Notes under the pieces: generated by a model
Seen by the model: only the letters and a program-made list of their open reading frames with translations
Told to the model about the DNA's origin: nothing
Databases searched by the model: none
In this document: positions 62,680-64,000 of the stretch, one piece after another
Numbering within the stretch: the stretch's first letter is position 1
Layout of the letters: every line of letters begins with the position of its first letter
Assembly (NCBI RefSeq): GCF_030144855.1
Contig: NC_082718.1
Location: forward strand, 32,612,001 to 32,676,000
Direction of reading: 5' to 3'
DNA: 64,000 bases
Origin: Hypanus sabinus
Lineage: Eukaryota
Made by a program: the position numbers and the translations under genes

Positions 62680-63335
62680 TAGAAGAGTTCAGCACAGGAA
62701 CAGGCCCTTCAGCCCACAAAGCTGTGCTGAACGAACTGAAAAGTAAATCAGAAACACCCAAAGACTAAACCCTCCTACCTACACAATGTCCAAATTCCTC
62801 CAACTTCCTTACATCCAAACATTCTTAAATGCAGTTCTCAACCTCTTTACGCCATGGACCAATACCATTATGCAAGGGGTCCATGGACCCCAAGTTAGGA
62901 ACCCCTGCTTTAATGTATTTGTCTCGACCAACATACCAAGCAGGGCATTCCAAGCATTCAGCTCTCTAAATAAAAAAAACTTACCCCTCACATGCCCTTT
63001 GAACCTATCCCTTCTTACCTTCAATGTATGTCCTCTAATGTTAAACATTTCAACCCTGGGGAAAAAGACACACCCTGTCTACCCTATCTATGCCTCTCAT
63101 AATCTTGTAAACCTCTATTTTATCTCCCCTCAGCCTCTGGCACGCCGGAGAAAACAACCCAAGTTTGTCCAGCCTCTCATTATGGCACATGCCCTCTAAA
63201 CCAGGTGGCATCCTGGTAAATCCTTTCTGCACCCTCTCCAAAGACTCAACATCTTTTATAGTGGGGCGACCAGAATTCTACGCAATACTGCAGGTGTGGC
63301 CTAAATGGAATTTTATAAAGTTACAACATAACCTT
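62680..63335 (-). mobile_element. CR1 3' fragment containing a hAT MITE (~62829-62907)
   Basis: ERVQKGFTRMPPGLEGM...RLRGDKIEVYKIMRG; the MITE ends ggaacccctg. Confidence 0.78.
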
Positions 63336-63469
63336 GTCTCAAGTTTTGAAATGATCTGCCTGATGCCCACTAACCAAGCCTTGACTGTACTTCAGTACAT
63401 GTGACAATCAGAAACAAATACCAATCTTTAACACACTAGGATTTGCATTTAAGAGACTTATAATGCAGC

Positions 63470-63850
63470 TGGGTGGGTGGGGTGGAGATACCAAAGGAAT
63501 TCTATCAAAAGAGGTGTAGGGTGCTCCTTACACCTCCACTAGCCTGCAGGCCACCCTTGGGCAAAGCGCAGGACCTGTTTAGCTGCCCCGATCAGGGTCC
63601 CGTGAAGCAATGGGAGCAGTTAGTGGACGGTCGTATGAGCAGCTGGTGCATATCACAAGTCCTGGCTATGCGACCACTGACGCCAGGCAGACAATCTCTG
63701 AAGAGTATTGATAATGACCAGTGTCAGCTATCTTGTAAAACCTCTGCCCAGGAGAAGGCAATGGCTAACCATGACTGTACAAAAAAATTGCCACAGACAA
63801 TTGTGGTCACCTTGATCGCCTACATGATATGGCATGGCACACAATAATGG
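63470..63850 (+). mobile_element. RTE-related SINE
   Basis: Full-length-looking copy of the 7915/14790 family. Confidence 0.65.
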
Positions 63851-64000
63851 TGATGGTAACAACAACAGGATAGAGGCTGTCCTTGAGCTTGGTGGTGATT
63901 GGCCATGGTTTACATCCCATTTTGTGTCTGTTCACTATATTATTGCCTCAATTTGCCCAATTTCTCTCTCCCTACAGATTCCACTAGGCCTGCTGAGAAT

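Overview
Repeat-rich vertebrate genomic DNA. The HE1/V-SINE, CR1, Rex1 and Penelope-like repeat content suggests a cartilaginous fish, probably a ray (inference). Two minus-strand genes are present. TRABD has a complete CDS that I assembled from 9 coding exons (51259->18899; 1113 nt, 370 aa; all GT-AG and phase-consistent). About 18 kb downstream lies the first coding exon of SELENOO (728->229), in a CpG island headed by a 44-bp VNTR; TRABD->SELENOO is also the human gene order. The rest is mostly transposon-derived: CR1, Rex1, L1, RTE-related and V-SINEs, Tc1, Tigger, hAT MITEs, a solo LTR and Penelope-derived elements. Most notable: (i) a multi-copy composite non-autonomous transposon in which two inverted 67-bp mini-MITEs bracket a ~400-bp captured cargo; (ii) short Penelope-derived elements carrying minimal hammerhead ribozyme motifs, some with clean TSDs; (iii) a twin-primed, 5'-inverted L1; (iv) an L1/CR1/CR1 tripartite insertion at one site; (v) a hairpin-forming VNTR that abuts the SELENOO start codon. 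No prokaryote-type system or CRISPR array is present. Boundaries of old repeats are approximate.
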